Both the position numbers and the translations under genes were made by a program. This document shows positions 1 to 8,287 of a stretch of 40,752 bases of DNA, piece after piece. The stretch is from a virus (Duplodnaviria > Caudoviricetes). The DNA is taken from IMG/VR virus record IMGVR_UViG_3300020138_000011, positions 1 to 40,752 of that record. One strand, given 5' to 3'. Every line of letters begins with the position of its first letter. Position 1 is the stretch's first letter. Below the pieces are notes generated by a model, which worked only from the letters and a program-made list of their open reading frames with translations, did no database searches and was not told the origin of the DNA.

Positions 1-125
1 ATGAGGGCGGGGGGGTCGTTTTGCGAGGACCCCTCCCCCTTCCCTTTTAAGAGAAGGCCCGTCCAATTTATCTTAACTATTTGGATAGCTCAAATGAATT
101 TTGGACGGAAACCTCATCAATTTGG

Positions 126-395
126 TTATGTTCCTTGTCTGGCTCTATCAACGTTAGAAGTTTCAGAGACCTTGATGTAGATTCCAAGAATGTTCTCCTG
201 GACGATCTCATCGATTGCTTCTTGGATGATTCGTTCTTGCTCGGCATCTGGAAGAGCATCAGATACCTTAGCGATTCGAGCTAGGTAAGACGGGGTGTCA
301 TACCCTTGTGATGCATCGAAGGCAAACCATTCATCATAGTGCTTGAAAGGATTGAACGGGTTGTCGATTGTGCTAAGCATGTACAGTACAGTCAT
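126..395 (-). CDS. hypothetical protein (89 aa)
   Basis: ORF with GAAAGGAG RBS, directly downstream of the 880-aa gene. Confidence 0.8.
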   Translation of the reverse strand: MTVLYMLSTIDNPFNPFKHYDEWFAFDASQGYDTPSYLARIAKVSDALPDAEQERIIQEAIDEIVQENILGIYIKVSETSNVDRARQGT

Positions 396-407
396 GACGA
401 ACTCCTT

Positions 408-3050
408 TCATCCCACAAGCTTGTTGATTGTACTAGTTGAAACACCAAGAGCATCAGCAATCTCTGCTTGAGTGTAGCCTGCTGCAAGCATAGTCATAGC
501 TCTAGCTTCGATAGCCTTAGACAAGGTTCTAGACGGTCTTGGTGTGGCGAGCTTCTTGACTTCATCGAGATCCGCGTGCTTTAGAATCTCTTTCAACTTA
601 CTAGCTGTAATAGCGCCTGCTTGAATGGCTTCCCATTGCCTTGGTGTGAACTTGATCTGTTGCTTCTTAGCACCTGTAATCAAGCGTGCACGCTCTAGTT
701 CTTGCCCTCTAATCTTCTTAATGAAGTCGCCAGTAACGTCAGGATTAGACAATCTTCTAGCCTTAACAGCAGCGTTTGCTAGAATCTGAGCGCGTCGTTC
801 TAGAGGGGCGTTTCTCTGGGCTATGGCTAGGGCACTATTAAGTGCGGCCACCTCTTCCGCATACACCCCCCTAGCTGATGGTGAATAGGGGGTGGGCTTA
901 GTTTCTAGTGCCGTCTTACGGGCCTGGTTAGCCAAGGCCTTCAACTTGTTTGCGTGGTCAGCGTAAGCCATCTCCATAGAAGTGCCAGGCTTAGACATCA
1001 AGGATCTGGCATCCTCTACAACCGCCATCTTAGTGGTTTTAGTCTGGCGAGTTACTACATCACCCTTCTTGTTAACGTAGGTCCTACCAGTAGGCTCAAA
1101 CATGAGTCGACCAGTCTTAGGGTCTACAGGGCCGCCCTTTGCTGCTGTTCTGGGCTTTCTTTCGTCAACCCAAGTGGGGGAGCTAGCTCTAGAGATGAGT
1201 GTAGCAGAACCCGCATTGGCACGCTCTTGATATTTGACCTTCAATTCCTTGATGCCGTTATCTAGAGCAGACTGCTTATAATCGAGATGGTGTTTTTCGG
1301 CATCGATAACGACCATCGAATGCTTAACAGCCCTAGCGATCTCCGATTCGTGAGCCCCCTTGATTGTCATATCTGTAATCAGATTAGATACATCGCCCAT
1401 GAGCTGCTGTTTCCTAGTATCAGAAAGCTTTGGCGCATCCTCGGGGAGCTTATAGCGAAGAGGGTCGAAATCCTTCAATGCTCCCAGAGGGGACGAACTC
1501 TTAATTGGCTTTCCACCTGGATTGGGGATCACCAAAACTGAGTCTCCATCAAAGTCGGCCCCAGAAAGCTGCTTTGCAACTTGAGGGTTTATACCGATAG
1601 CATCTTTTGCCTGACCGATAATAGCCCTTGATTCTCGATGCCTGTTATTCACAGTCAATTGAGGAATCTCAAAGATGCCTCCGTGAGGATGTCTAATCAG
1701 AACAACCGTTTCACCAGAACGAAAGTTGGGCGCGTAAACCTCATTATCCTTCAGACTAGGAATAGGTAGAATTACATGGTTCCTAGTTCTCGGAAGACTA
1801 GCTGCCTTCAGATGAACTGCAGAGGAATCTGCCGAGTCAGCAAAAGCTTCCATAAGCCTCTGCTTAACAACAGGGTTGGTCAGCGCATTGATTTCATCAA
1901 ACTCGGCGCGCTTAATGTCGAAAGACAACCCCAACTGACGCTTAGCCAATTCCGTACCCTGCTTAGAAAGCATCTGGCTAGAGAACGTGCGAGACCACTC
2001 GTGCCAGTCACCTTCTTCCCGAAGGATGTTAAGTGCTCCCGATTGACGACGGATATTCGACGAAAACGGGTTCTCTGGATCCGACCCCATAAGCTTCATG
2101 GCGTCCTTCGGGTTGCCCGTAGAACTCTTGTTTGTATTGAATACAATGTCTACACCATCGGGAAGATCCGTCTTGTAGATGGCCATACCCTTCAGGTAGT
2201 GGGTTCCATCAATCGCAATTCGAACCTGAGCGTAGCGAGAAGAACCAAGCGAAAGGTCCTTGACACCCGGGCGAATGTAGATAACACCGTCTCGGTCGGC
2301 ACCGCCCTCTTCTGCATATGCGACCTTGACTCGCTTACCACTAACATTCTTTGGTGGCCCAATAACCTCGTAAGTTCGACCACGGTCATCGCTGGTCTCA
2401 CCGATAAGGTTAATCTTTTCTGGGTTTGTAACGATGTCCTTAAAGGTTTCCCTGCCAGTCTTTCCTGGAGGAGCTAGCACCTTGACCTCGGTCATGTGTC
2501 CGGTTCCAAGCTGCTCAATCTTAACCTTATGAACCTCGTATCCCTCTTCCTTCAGCATAGCCAACGCGGTATTAAGCTTTGTCGAGCTGATTCCGAGATC
2601 GTGCTCTACCCCGGCGCCGACGTCAATGTAGCCCTTTTCGTCGACGTTCTTCTTCAGGATGTTGGCGGTGGTCTTAAGTACTGCCTGATTCTCCTGAATT
2701 GAGGTGTTCAAAAGTGCACGAACCGAAGATTCGTTAATACCCATTCGCTCACCAATGGCGACGTTAGACAGCCCCTTTTCCTTTAGGCGGACCGCCAGAG
2801 CCACGTCTCCAGACCGCTTCTCATGCCTTGAAATTGCCGTGGCTGCTCGAAGCTGAGTTGTGGTCCAAGGACGACCGTCTTCATCGAGAATGCTCTTGGC
2901 GATTTCTGTGTCCGTAAGACCGTTATTTCGAAGCTCGTCTACGTAACCGAGGAAGTTCATACCCCTCTGATAGGGGTTACTGCCACTGCCCCAAGGATAC
3001 CGCCCAGAACGTCGAAGGATGCCATAGTGCATGATCTCTTCGTCGGTCAC
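408..3050 (-). CDS. putative single-subunit two-barrel (DPBB) RNA polymerase with N- and C-terminal HTH-like segments
   Basis: Motifs in order: DGVIYI..QVR..KG, VLIRHP, LSGADFDGD (DFDGD at 1542-1556) and HSMVVIDAEKH, as in YonO/cellular RdRP-type polymerases; HTH-like segments LSNVAIGERMGINESSVR and YTQAEIADALGVSTSTI. Confidence 0.75.
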   Translation of the reverse strand: MTDEEIMHYGILRRSGRYPWGSGSNPYQRGMNFLGYVDELRNNGLTDTEIAKSILDEDGRPWTTTQLRAATAISRHEKRSGDVALAVRLKEKGLSNVAIGERMGINESSVRALLNTSIQENQAVLKTTANILKKNVDEKGYIDVGAGVEHDLGISSTKLNTALAMLKEEGYEVHKVKIEQLGTGHMTEVKVLAPPGKTGRETFKDIVTNPEKINLIGETSDDRGRTYEVIGPPKNVSGKRVKVAYAEEGGADRDGVIYIRPGVKDLSLGSSRYAQVRIAIDGTHYLKGMAIYKTDLPDGVDIVFNTNKSSTGNPKDAMKLMGSDPENPFSSNIRRQSGALNILREEGDWHEWSRTFSSQMLSKQGTELAKRQLGLSFDIKRAEFDEINALTNPVVKQRLMEAFADSADSSAVHLKAASLPRTRNHVILPIPSLKDNEVYAPNFRSGETVVLIRHPHGGIFEIPQLTVNNRHRESRAIIGQAKDAIGINPQVAKQLSGADFDGDSVLVIPNPGGKPIKSSSPLGALKDFDPLRYKLPEDAPKLSDTRKQQLMGDVSNLITDMTIKGAHESEIARAVKHSMVVIDAEKHHLDYKQSALDNGIKELKVKYQERANAGSATLISRASSPTWVDERKPRTAAKGGPVDPKTGRLMFEPTGRTYVNKKGDVVTRQTKTTKMAVVEDARSLMSKPGTSMEMAYADHANKLKALANQARKTALETKPTPYSPSARGVYAEEVAALNSALAIAQRNAPLERRAQILANAAVKARRLSNPDVTGDFIKKIRGQELERARLITGAKKQQIKFTPRQWEAIQAGAITASKLKEILKHADLDEVKKLATPRPSRTLSKAIEARAMTMLAAGYTQAEIADALGVSTSTINKLVG

Positions 3051-3607
3051 AGCTCCGCCTCCATTCGTAGGTTCTTGATTCGCTTATCAAAAGTGATAAC
3101 ACGATCCATAAGATGTGCGATTCGATCTGGCTCGGGGGCTAGAATCTCGATTTCGTCATTCTGATAGATGCGTAGTTCGATGGCGATGTCAAATGGCTTA
3201 TACCTATACTCCAGACAGAAGAATGCCGCATACAGCTCTAGCTGAGTCATACTACATGGAGTAACACCAGACTTATAGTCGTGAATCCGGAGGAAGTTGT
3301 CTCGAAAAGAGATAGCATCTGCGGTTCCAAAAGCGTTTTCCGAAACATATAGCGGCTGCTCGGGAGTCATCCTAAACCCGATGGCATCATTGACAAACGC
3401 GTTGATGCTCCGATTACTCCTTGGAAGCCGCTGCTTTAGTCTAATAGCTGTAGCCGCAAATTCATGTAGCTCCACGCCCCTCTGCGCAGCCATTGACCGA
3501 AGGAAGGTTGCGTCCAGCTTTTCCTCATCATAGTTAACCCAGTGATACTTACTAGGGCTGAGGAAGGCGTGCTTACCGATCAGTTCCAAATGCCTGTTGA
3601 AGCTCAT
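3047..3607 (-). CDS. PD-(D/E)XK exonuclease, Cas4-like/DUF2800-like
   Basis: HAFLSPS N-terminus, E..GTAD..IHDYKSG and QLELYA motifs; start moved to MSFNRH, behind a GGAGG RBS. Confidence 0.75.
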   Translation of the reverse strand: MSFNRHLELIGKHAFLSPSKYHWVNYDEEKLDATFLRSMAAQRGVELHEFAATAIRLKQRLPRSNRSINAFVNDAIGFRMTPEQPLYVSENAFGTADAISFRDNFLRIHDYKSGVTPCSMTQLELYAAFFCLEYRYKPFDIAIELRIYQNDEIEILAPEPDRIAHLMDRVITFDKRIKNLRMEAEL

Positions 3608-3869
3608 AAAGGACCTCCTCTTCATTCTCCGGATAGATAAACGCCGCGAATGACATCCGACCTAGACGATCGATAAAGTACTCTTGGTTCGGGCGCTTTC
3701 TAGCTGTAGCAGACACCTTAACCTCTAAGGCTGCCCAAAAACTCTGAAAGAGAACTAGAAGATCCGGAATCCCTTGAATGTAGTTCGGGTCGTTCTTAAT
3801 GACTACACAGCCAGGAAACAAGATCTCCAATCTTTTAATGATGTGGGCTTGGTATTTGCTCTCCAACAT
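3573..3869 (-). CDS. VRR-NUC family nuclease
   Basis: E..Q, GIPDL, LEVK and RPNQ motifs; start at MLESKY with GAGG RBS. Confidence 0.8.
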   Translation of the reverse strand: MLESKYQAHIIKRLEILFPGCVVIKNDPNYIQGIPDLLVLFQSFWAALEVKVSATARKRPNQEYFIDRLGRMSFAAFIYPENEEEVLYELQQAFGTDR

Positions 3870-3928
3870 TTCAACCTCTTCCGAAAAATGAAAAGGATAG
3901 AAAAATGCATACGCATACTCTATACCTT

Positions 3929-3955
3929 TCATAATATGGTGTGTTTATTGTGCTG
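3929..3955 (-). promoter_or_regulatory. degenerate copy of the 27-bp promoter motif
   Basis: CAGCA-N3-TAAACA-N5-TATTATGA, same spacing as the consensus. Confidence 0.55.
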
Positions 3956-3968
3956 GTAGTAAATGTTT

Positions 3969-4445
3969 TTAGTACCAGGTCCAGATTCCACCCTTGTAAC
4001 TGCTTTGATTGTAGGCGGCTAGAATCACATATCTCTCGATCCCGCCAATATCTCTAGCAGCATCTAATGGGCTGTTATAGATGATTCCTGTACGCTTGTT
4101 CATCACTCGACGATTTTCCGTAGGCTCGACCTTATTCGCATCCATAGTCATCTCTCTAGCAATGGACAGACTCCTCCATTCTAGATTGTCAGCATGGTTA
4201 TTTTCTCGATCCCCATCAATGTGTACAGGAGTTCGCCCATAATCTGCCGGATGTAAGAACGCTTCGGCGACTAGTCTATGAATATACTTTGTGTGCTGAA
4301 CTCCCGACCGACGTAGAAACACCATGAGAAAACCTGAAGGCTTATGCATTTGGGGTCGCAAAACGGTCAAAGTGTTACGATTTCGGACTCTTCCGTCATA
4401 ACTGACCTCGTAGTTGGGGAAATTGGTTACTGGAACCCATTCCAT
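3969..4445 (-). CDS. NUMOD4/HNH homing endonuclease
   Basis: W.PV..FPNYEVS..GRVR NUMOD4 start; HRLVAEAF..HIDGDRENNHADNLEW HNH core. Confidence 0.9.
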   Translation of the reverse strand: MEWVPVTNFPNYEVSYDGRVRNRNTLTVLRPQMHKPSGFLMVFLRRSGVQHTKYIHRLVAEAFLHPADYGRTPVHIDGDRENNHADNLEWRSLSIAREMTMDANKVEPTENRRVMNKRTGIIYNSPLDAARDIGGIERYVILAAYNQSSYKGGIWTWY

Positions 4446-4463
4446 CGATTTTACCTCCTTCTG

Positions 4464-4573
4464 CCCACTTATTTAGTTTTTGCGAGAAAACTTTTCTGTA
4501 AACGCACCCTAATAAAGGTTTAAAACATTTACTAGGGTCTAATGATGAGTAAGTTTTTAGCCTCATAAGTGGG
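4464..4573. repeat. AT-rich nested inverted repeat (candidate replication origin)
   Basis: Arms cccacttat/ataagtggg, aaaactt/aagtttt and accctaataaa/tttactagggt. Confidence 0.5.
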
Positions 4574-5807
4574 TTTTTGGCCAGAGATCATCATTTCTAG
4601 ACTCATGAAAGCTCTTTTTTGCACGCAAACACCCACGAATGCGTCGATCTATGGATGAATTGGACATAAGCACATAATAGTACAGATCGGTGAACTTGGT
4701 GTTCATTCGATCAATCCGTCCTTGCGCTTGCTCAAAGACTTTATAGCTGTAAGTCAACGAGTAAAAGACCATTGCGTCCGTAGAAGTGCAGTTCCATCCT
4801 TCAGCCCCCGCGCTATACTGCACCAAAAACATCCACCGATCCCCATCCGGAAGCTCCTCATGTTTATGTCCGTTTAGTTCAGCCACCGGATACTCAAGAG
4901 ACCGAGCCAAAACTCGTAGGATCTCTAGCTCATAGTCAAAATTATAAAAAATGATTAGACGAGGATGCCGCTCCAGAAGGTCCATAATAGCACCAATCCT
5001 CGAGACATCCTCGTTAACAACCTTTCTCATACATCGGAACAACTCTGCTACGTCTTTGATTGGAGCATCCTCAAACGGATTCCAACGCTTCTTTACAATT
5101 ACATCCCACTTCTCACGATTGAACTCAGTGATGACGTCCTTGACGTGACGAGCTGTATGCCGTTCGAATGGCATCTCGACCAATATGTCTCGCCGATACT
5201 TCTCGAGAATCCCCGTATCTACATAGCGTTCGATCTTGGGGAACTTGGTAAAGCGACTCATCACAATATGGCGCGCAGCAAACTCGGTTCGGTTTCGATA
5301 GAATCCATTAGCAATGAAGACTGGGATGTAATCCGACCATGAGTCCCCGGGTGTAGCCGACAGCATAATCCAACGATTCAGCTGAGCAATCTTTAGGAAG
5401 GCCTTGACCCAGACACCTCGCCCAACAAGACGCTGTTCGTCAAATATGAAGAACGCATTTGTGACGTCCTGATACTTCTGGATGTTATTCCAAGAGTCTA
5501 CAACAATCTCAATAGGAGAGATGGACGACCCCGGGTCCCTCGACAAAGAGAAGAGAGCTAGTTCTCTCTCCCAGTCCTTGTCGTCTCGCTTCTTGGCAGT
5601 CGTAATGATGTACAAGTTCTTTAGATTTCGGAGCGGGTGGAACTCCTCCGACCCGACGCCATCTAGACTCCCTCGCCCCTCTTTGAGAAAGAAATATGCG
5701 ATGGCTGTACGAGACTTACCCGACCCTGTCCCGCCACAAAGGATTGAGCCATTCTTAAGCTTCTCGAGAGCGCTTAACTGATGCGGCCTTAGCAAAACAC
5801 TCTTCAA
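4563..5807 (-). CDS. superfamily 2 DNA helicase
   Basis: LRPHQ Q-motif, GTGSGKS Walker A, FDEQ, SATP, GAEGWN and QAQGRIDR. Confidence 0.9.
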   Translation of the reverse strand: MKSVLLRPHQLSALEKLKNGSILCGGTGSGKSRTAIAYFFLKEGRGSLDGVGSEEFHPLRNLKNLYIITTAKKRDDKDWERELALFSLSRDPGSSISPIEIVVDSWNNIQKYQDVTNAFFIFDEQRLVGRGVWVKAFLKIAQLNRWIMLSATPGDSWSDYIPVFIANGFYRNRTEFAARHIVMSRFTKFPKIERYVDTGILEKYRRDILVEMPFERHTARHVKDVITEFNREKWDVIVKKRWNPFEDAPIKDVAELFRCMRKVVNEDVSRIGAIMDLLERHPRLIIFYNFDYELEILRVLARSLEYPVAELNGHKHEELPDGDRWMFLVQYSAGAEGWNCTSTDAMVFYSLTYSYKVFEQAQGRIDRMNTKFTDLYYYVLMSNSSIDRRIRGCLRAKKSFHESRNDDLWPKTHL

Positions 5808-5955
5808 TTTCGCCCCTCCTTACAACAGTTATGCGATCACAAACGGAGCAACGAAATATAAGATCCTTGTAACCGAGGAATAGACCAAACCGGACAAGGT
5901 CTTCGTTGTAACTGCGCGTAATTCTATCATCCAACACAAGTCTATGCTTATGCAT
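5755..5955 (-). CDS. small protein with CxxC motif
   Basis: GAAAGGAGACC RBS; HxH and CSVC residues. Confidence 0.65.
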   Translation of the reverse strand: MHKHRLVLDDRITRSYNEDLVRFGLFLGYKDLIFRCSVCDRITVVRRGEIEECFAKAASVKRSREA

Positions 5956-5977
5956 AATAGGTCTCCTTTCGAAAAAA

Positions 5978-6002
5978 CTAGAACCCGTGTTAGGGGTCCT
6001 AG
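5978..6002 (-). terminator. cassette terminator with CTAACAC loop
   Basis: Stem-loop followed by a U-tract on the minus strand. Confidence 0.7.
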
Positions 6003-6012
6003 CTTTGTGAGA

Positions 6013-6276
6013 CTACTTCTTGCGAAGACGGATCTCACTCATGATCCGAGGGTCGGGCGAGTCGGAGTACCGCCACTGGTACTTCTTGTAGAACTCGTCC
6101 ACGGTCAGGATCTCGCAGGGCATCTCGCTGTTGTACGGGTAGACGAACACCGACATGCCGTTGTCGGCGAGCGTGGTGGGCGTCTCCGGGTTGGAGATGA
6201 GGGGGCTGAGGATCCTGAGGCTGTGGATGTTCTCGTGGGTGATGAAGATGGCGATTCCGTAGGCCTTCTTGGACAT
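6013..6276 (-). CDS. hypothetical cassette protein (87 aa), paralog of 16747..17007
   Basis: GAAAGGA RBS; flanked by the promoter motif and a terminator. Confidence 0.8.
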   Translation of the reverse strand: MSKKAYGIAIFITHENIHSLRILSPLISNPETPTTLADNGMSVFVYPYNSEMPCEILTVDEFYKKYQWRYSDSPDPRIMSEIRLRKK

Positions 6277-6303
6277 GGGTGTTCCTTTCGGGTTGAGGGG
6301 ATC

Positions 6304-6330
6304 TCACTATATGCACTGTTTTGTGTGCGA
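6304..6330 (-). promoter_or_regulatory. 27-bp promoter motif
   Basis: TCGCA-cac-AAAACA-gtgca-TATAGTGA. Confidence 0.75.
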
Positions 6331-6667
6331 GAGGGGGCGCCATAATGGTCGTTTAAGCCTACGCATTCCCAGTCATGAGCTGGTCGTGCCGAGGCCCCAG
6401 TGTGATAGCTATCTGCTTACGGACTTATCTAATATAAGACTTAAATCTCTACACCCACCACAATAGATGTTTTTCTTATCGCCGCAGGGACTCATGAATG
6501 CTATTTCACATTCCTGTATACGGAAACGGATAAGTGAGTTTAAGGCAACCGGTGGGGCGCATTTTAAGCATGTCGTTTAATATCAAGGTGCGTTTTTTTC
6601 AACTAACCGGATACCCCATACCACGCTCTGGGCTTAATGCCTATTTATACTCGCCCAGTCGAGTTTG

Positions 6668-6787
6668 TTACTTGGAAGAACCGTCGTCCTTACCGTTCGA
6701 TCCAGCAACAGTAGTGATAAGAGAGCCGAGGAACACACCCAAAAGCATGATCGCAGCCCCCACGATGATCTCAATCATTATTACCAT
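6668..6787 (-). CDS. small membrane protein (36-39 aa)
   Basis: Hand translation MVIMIEIIVGAAIMLLGVFLGSLITTVAGSNGKDDGSSK; GAAAGG upstream. Confidence 0.6.
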   Translation of the reverse strand: MVIMIEIIVGAAIMLLGVFLGSLITTVAGSNGKDDGSSK

Positions 6788-6801
6788 TACCTTTCACTTT
6801 G

Positions 6802-7002
6802 TTAGAGGTGAACCTTATAACCGTACTCGGTCTCGCTAGCTTCCTCGATAGTTGCTTCGAAGAGCTCTTCGAGGGTGTCGAATGTCCGCGCTTCTCCCGC
6901 CTCGTATGGACTCGGCCATTCATCTGCTGACATGAAGACTATCTGTGCGGTGTATCGACCACCTTCAGTCTTCTGGACTAGCATCGCATTATCTGCGCTC
7001 AT
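6802..7002 (-). CDS. hypothetical protein
   Basis: AAGGAG RBS, 66-aa acidic ORF. Confidence 0.7.
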   Translation of the reverse strand: MSADNAMLVQKTEGGRYTAQIVFMSADEWPSPYEAGEARTFDTLEELFEATIEEASETEYGYKVHL

Positions 7003-7066
7003 GTCAAACTCCTTATTATCTAGAGCAACAGCCTTCAGAGTGGATTTTCAAACCTCCTTGAACAGA

Positions 7067-7495
7067 TCACGCACCCCAGACCCGATCCTTATGGTCCAGA
7101 GCAAGAATGTGCGGGATGGTGTTTCCAATCTCCTTGAAAACGTCCGACATAGTGAAGTAGTGCACACCATTATCGAACGAGAACGCTTCTGGATCTCTGA
7201 CATTTTGCCAGAGGCGGAAGTCATTCTTTCCGATCTCGGTCCACTCGTCTGGATCGCTCGACAAAGGCGACAGAAGCTCGCCTTTGAGAAGCGTGTGAAT
7301 GGCTTCAACCATGGAATGTCGGGAAGAAAGATCGTCGTCCAAGCCAAGATTGACGAATGCTTGGAAGACCCTGAGAATCGAATCTATGGGTAGGCCACCC
7401 TCAATAGTCAACTCACGCTTAGCGTGAGCGATCAAAGGGTGATCGTAGTCGATAAGTCCACTGTCAGGACTAGGGGAAGTTTCCTCGATGTGCAT
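7067..7495 (-). CDS. hypothetical phage protein
   Basis: GAAAGGAGAC RBS; LSPL..DPDEW..WQNVR pattern; start moved to MHIEET. Confidence 0.75.
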   Translation of the reverse strand: MHIEETSPSPDSGLIDYDHPLIAHAKRELTIEGGLPIDSILRVFQAFVNLGLDDDLSSRHSMVEAIHTLLKGELLSPLSSDPDEWTEIGKNDFRLWQNVRDPEAFSFDNGVHYFTMSDVFKEIGNTIPHILALDHKDRVWGA

Positions 7496-7627
7496 GATAA
7501 TGTCTCCTTTCAAAAATGTTTAAGACGGGAGGGCGGATGTGGGGCAACACTCTACCACCGCTAACATCTCTTACCTAGTGTTAGACCCTCCCCCGCACAA
7601 GGTTTGGCGAGAACCTTTATTGGAAGA

Positions 7628-8137
7628 TCAGCTCCAGGGAGGCCCGTCCGGGTCCTCTGGGATGGTGTTCATAGCCGAGTCAGGAACATCCGAATACTTC
7701 ATCTCGAGCTCATCCTCGATGATGGAGACATAGATGCTCTTGAGATATGCCTTGATTCCAGTCTTACCGTTGACTTCCCAGTAGTACGGGTTGATGATGA
7801 GGTCAACGTTGCGAATCTCCGCCCAGTCAAGAATGACGATCTCACCCTCGCCAAGGTTTGTACGTCCTCGATGAGTGATGAGAACCGCACGAGGCGGCCG
7901 AGCACCGTAGTTTACCGAAACCTGGATGTAGGGCTGAGGCTCGTCCCCCTCCTCTCGAGGGCGGAGGTACTTCACATTCCAGCCCTCCTCTTCCATCGTA
8001 CGGGCCTCGTCCGTCTCAAGAAGGAGGCAGAAGTTTCGGTCCCCCTTAGCGTTGTAGCGACCCTCCTTACCACTGAAGTTTCGGAAGATAATTCGAGCGT
8101 TCTCGAAAGTCACGGGCTTCACTCGGTTCTCACTCAT
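7628..8137 (-). CDS. putative single-stranded DNA-binding protein
   Basis: RIIFRNFSG..GDRNF..KAYLKS pattern, acidic C-terminal tail, location among replication genes. Confidence 0.65.
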   Translation of the reverse strand: MSENRVKPVTFENARIIFRNFSGKEGRYNAKGDRNFCLLLETDEARTMEEEGWNVKYLRPREEGDEPQPYIQVSVNYGARPPRAVLITHRGRTNLGEGEIVILDWAEIRNVDLIINPYYWEVNGKTGIKAYLKSIYVSIIEDELEMKYSDVPDSAMNTIPEDPDGPPWS

Positions 8138-8279
8138 TCTCATTCTCCCTTTCTCGAATTTCGACAGTCAGATTCCCATCCAACTCTAGATATTTGGTTG
8201 TAATACTGCCTGCCAGTCGGGCGGCATCAACCTGACTAACTCCGTCGGCGATGATTGTAACCTCGTATGTCTTGTTCAT
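8130..8279 (-). CDS. hypothetical protein (49 aa)
   Basis: Hand translation MNKTYEVTIIADG...ERENENE fills the gap; AGGGGG RBS. Confidence 0.55.
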   Translation of the reverse strand: MNKTYEVTIIADGVSQVDAARLAGSITTKYLELDGNLTVEIRERENENE

Positions 8280-8287
8280 CGTTCCCC

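Noticed and set aside
4459-4485. Additional promoter motif copy (gtttttgcga)
   Set aside because: Lacks the TATA(A/G)TGA element at the conserved spacing.
6333-6460. tmRNA or tRNA (GGGGGCG start, CACCA)
   Set aside because: No T-arm GTTCGA, no acceptor-stem pairing and no tag reading frame found.
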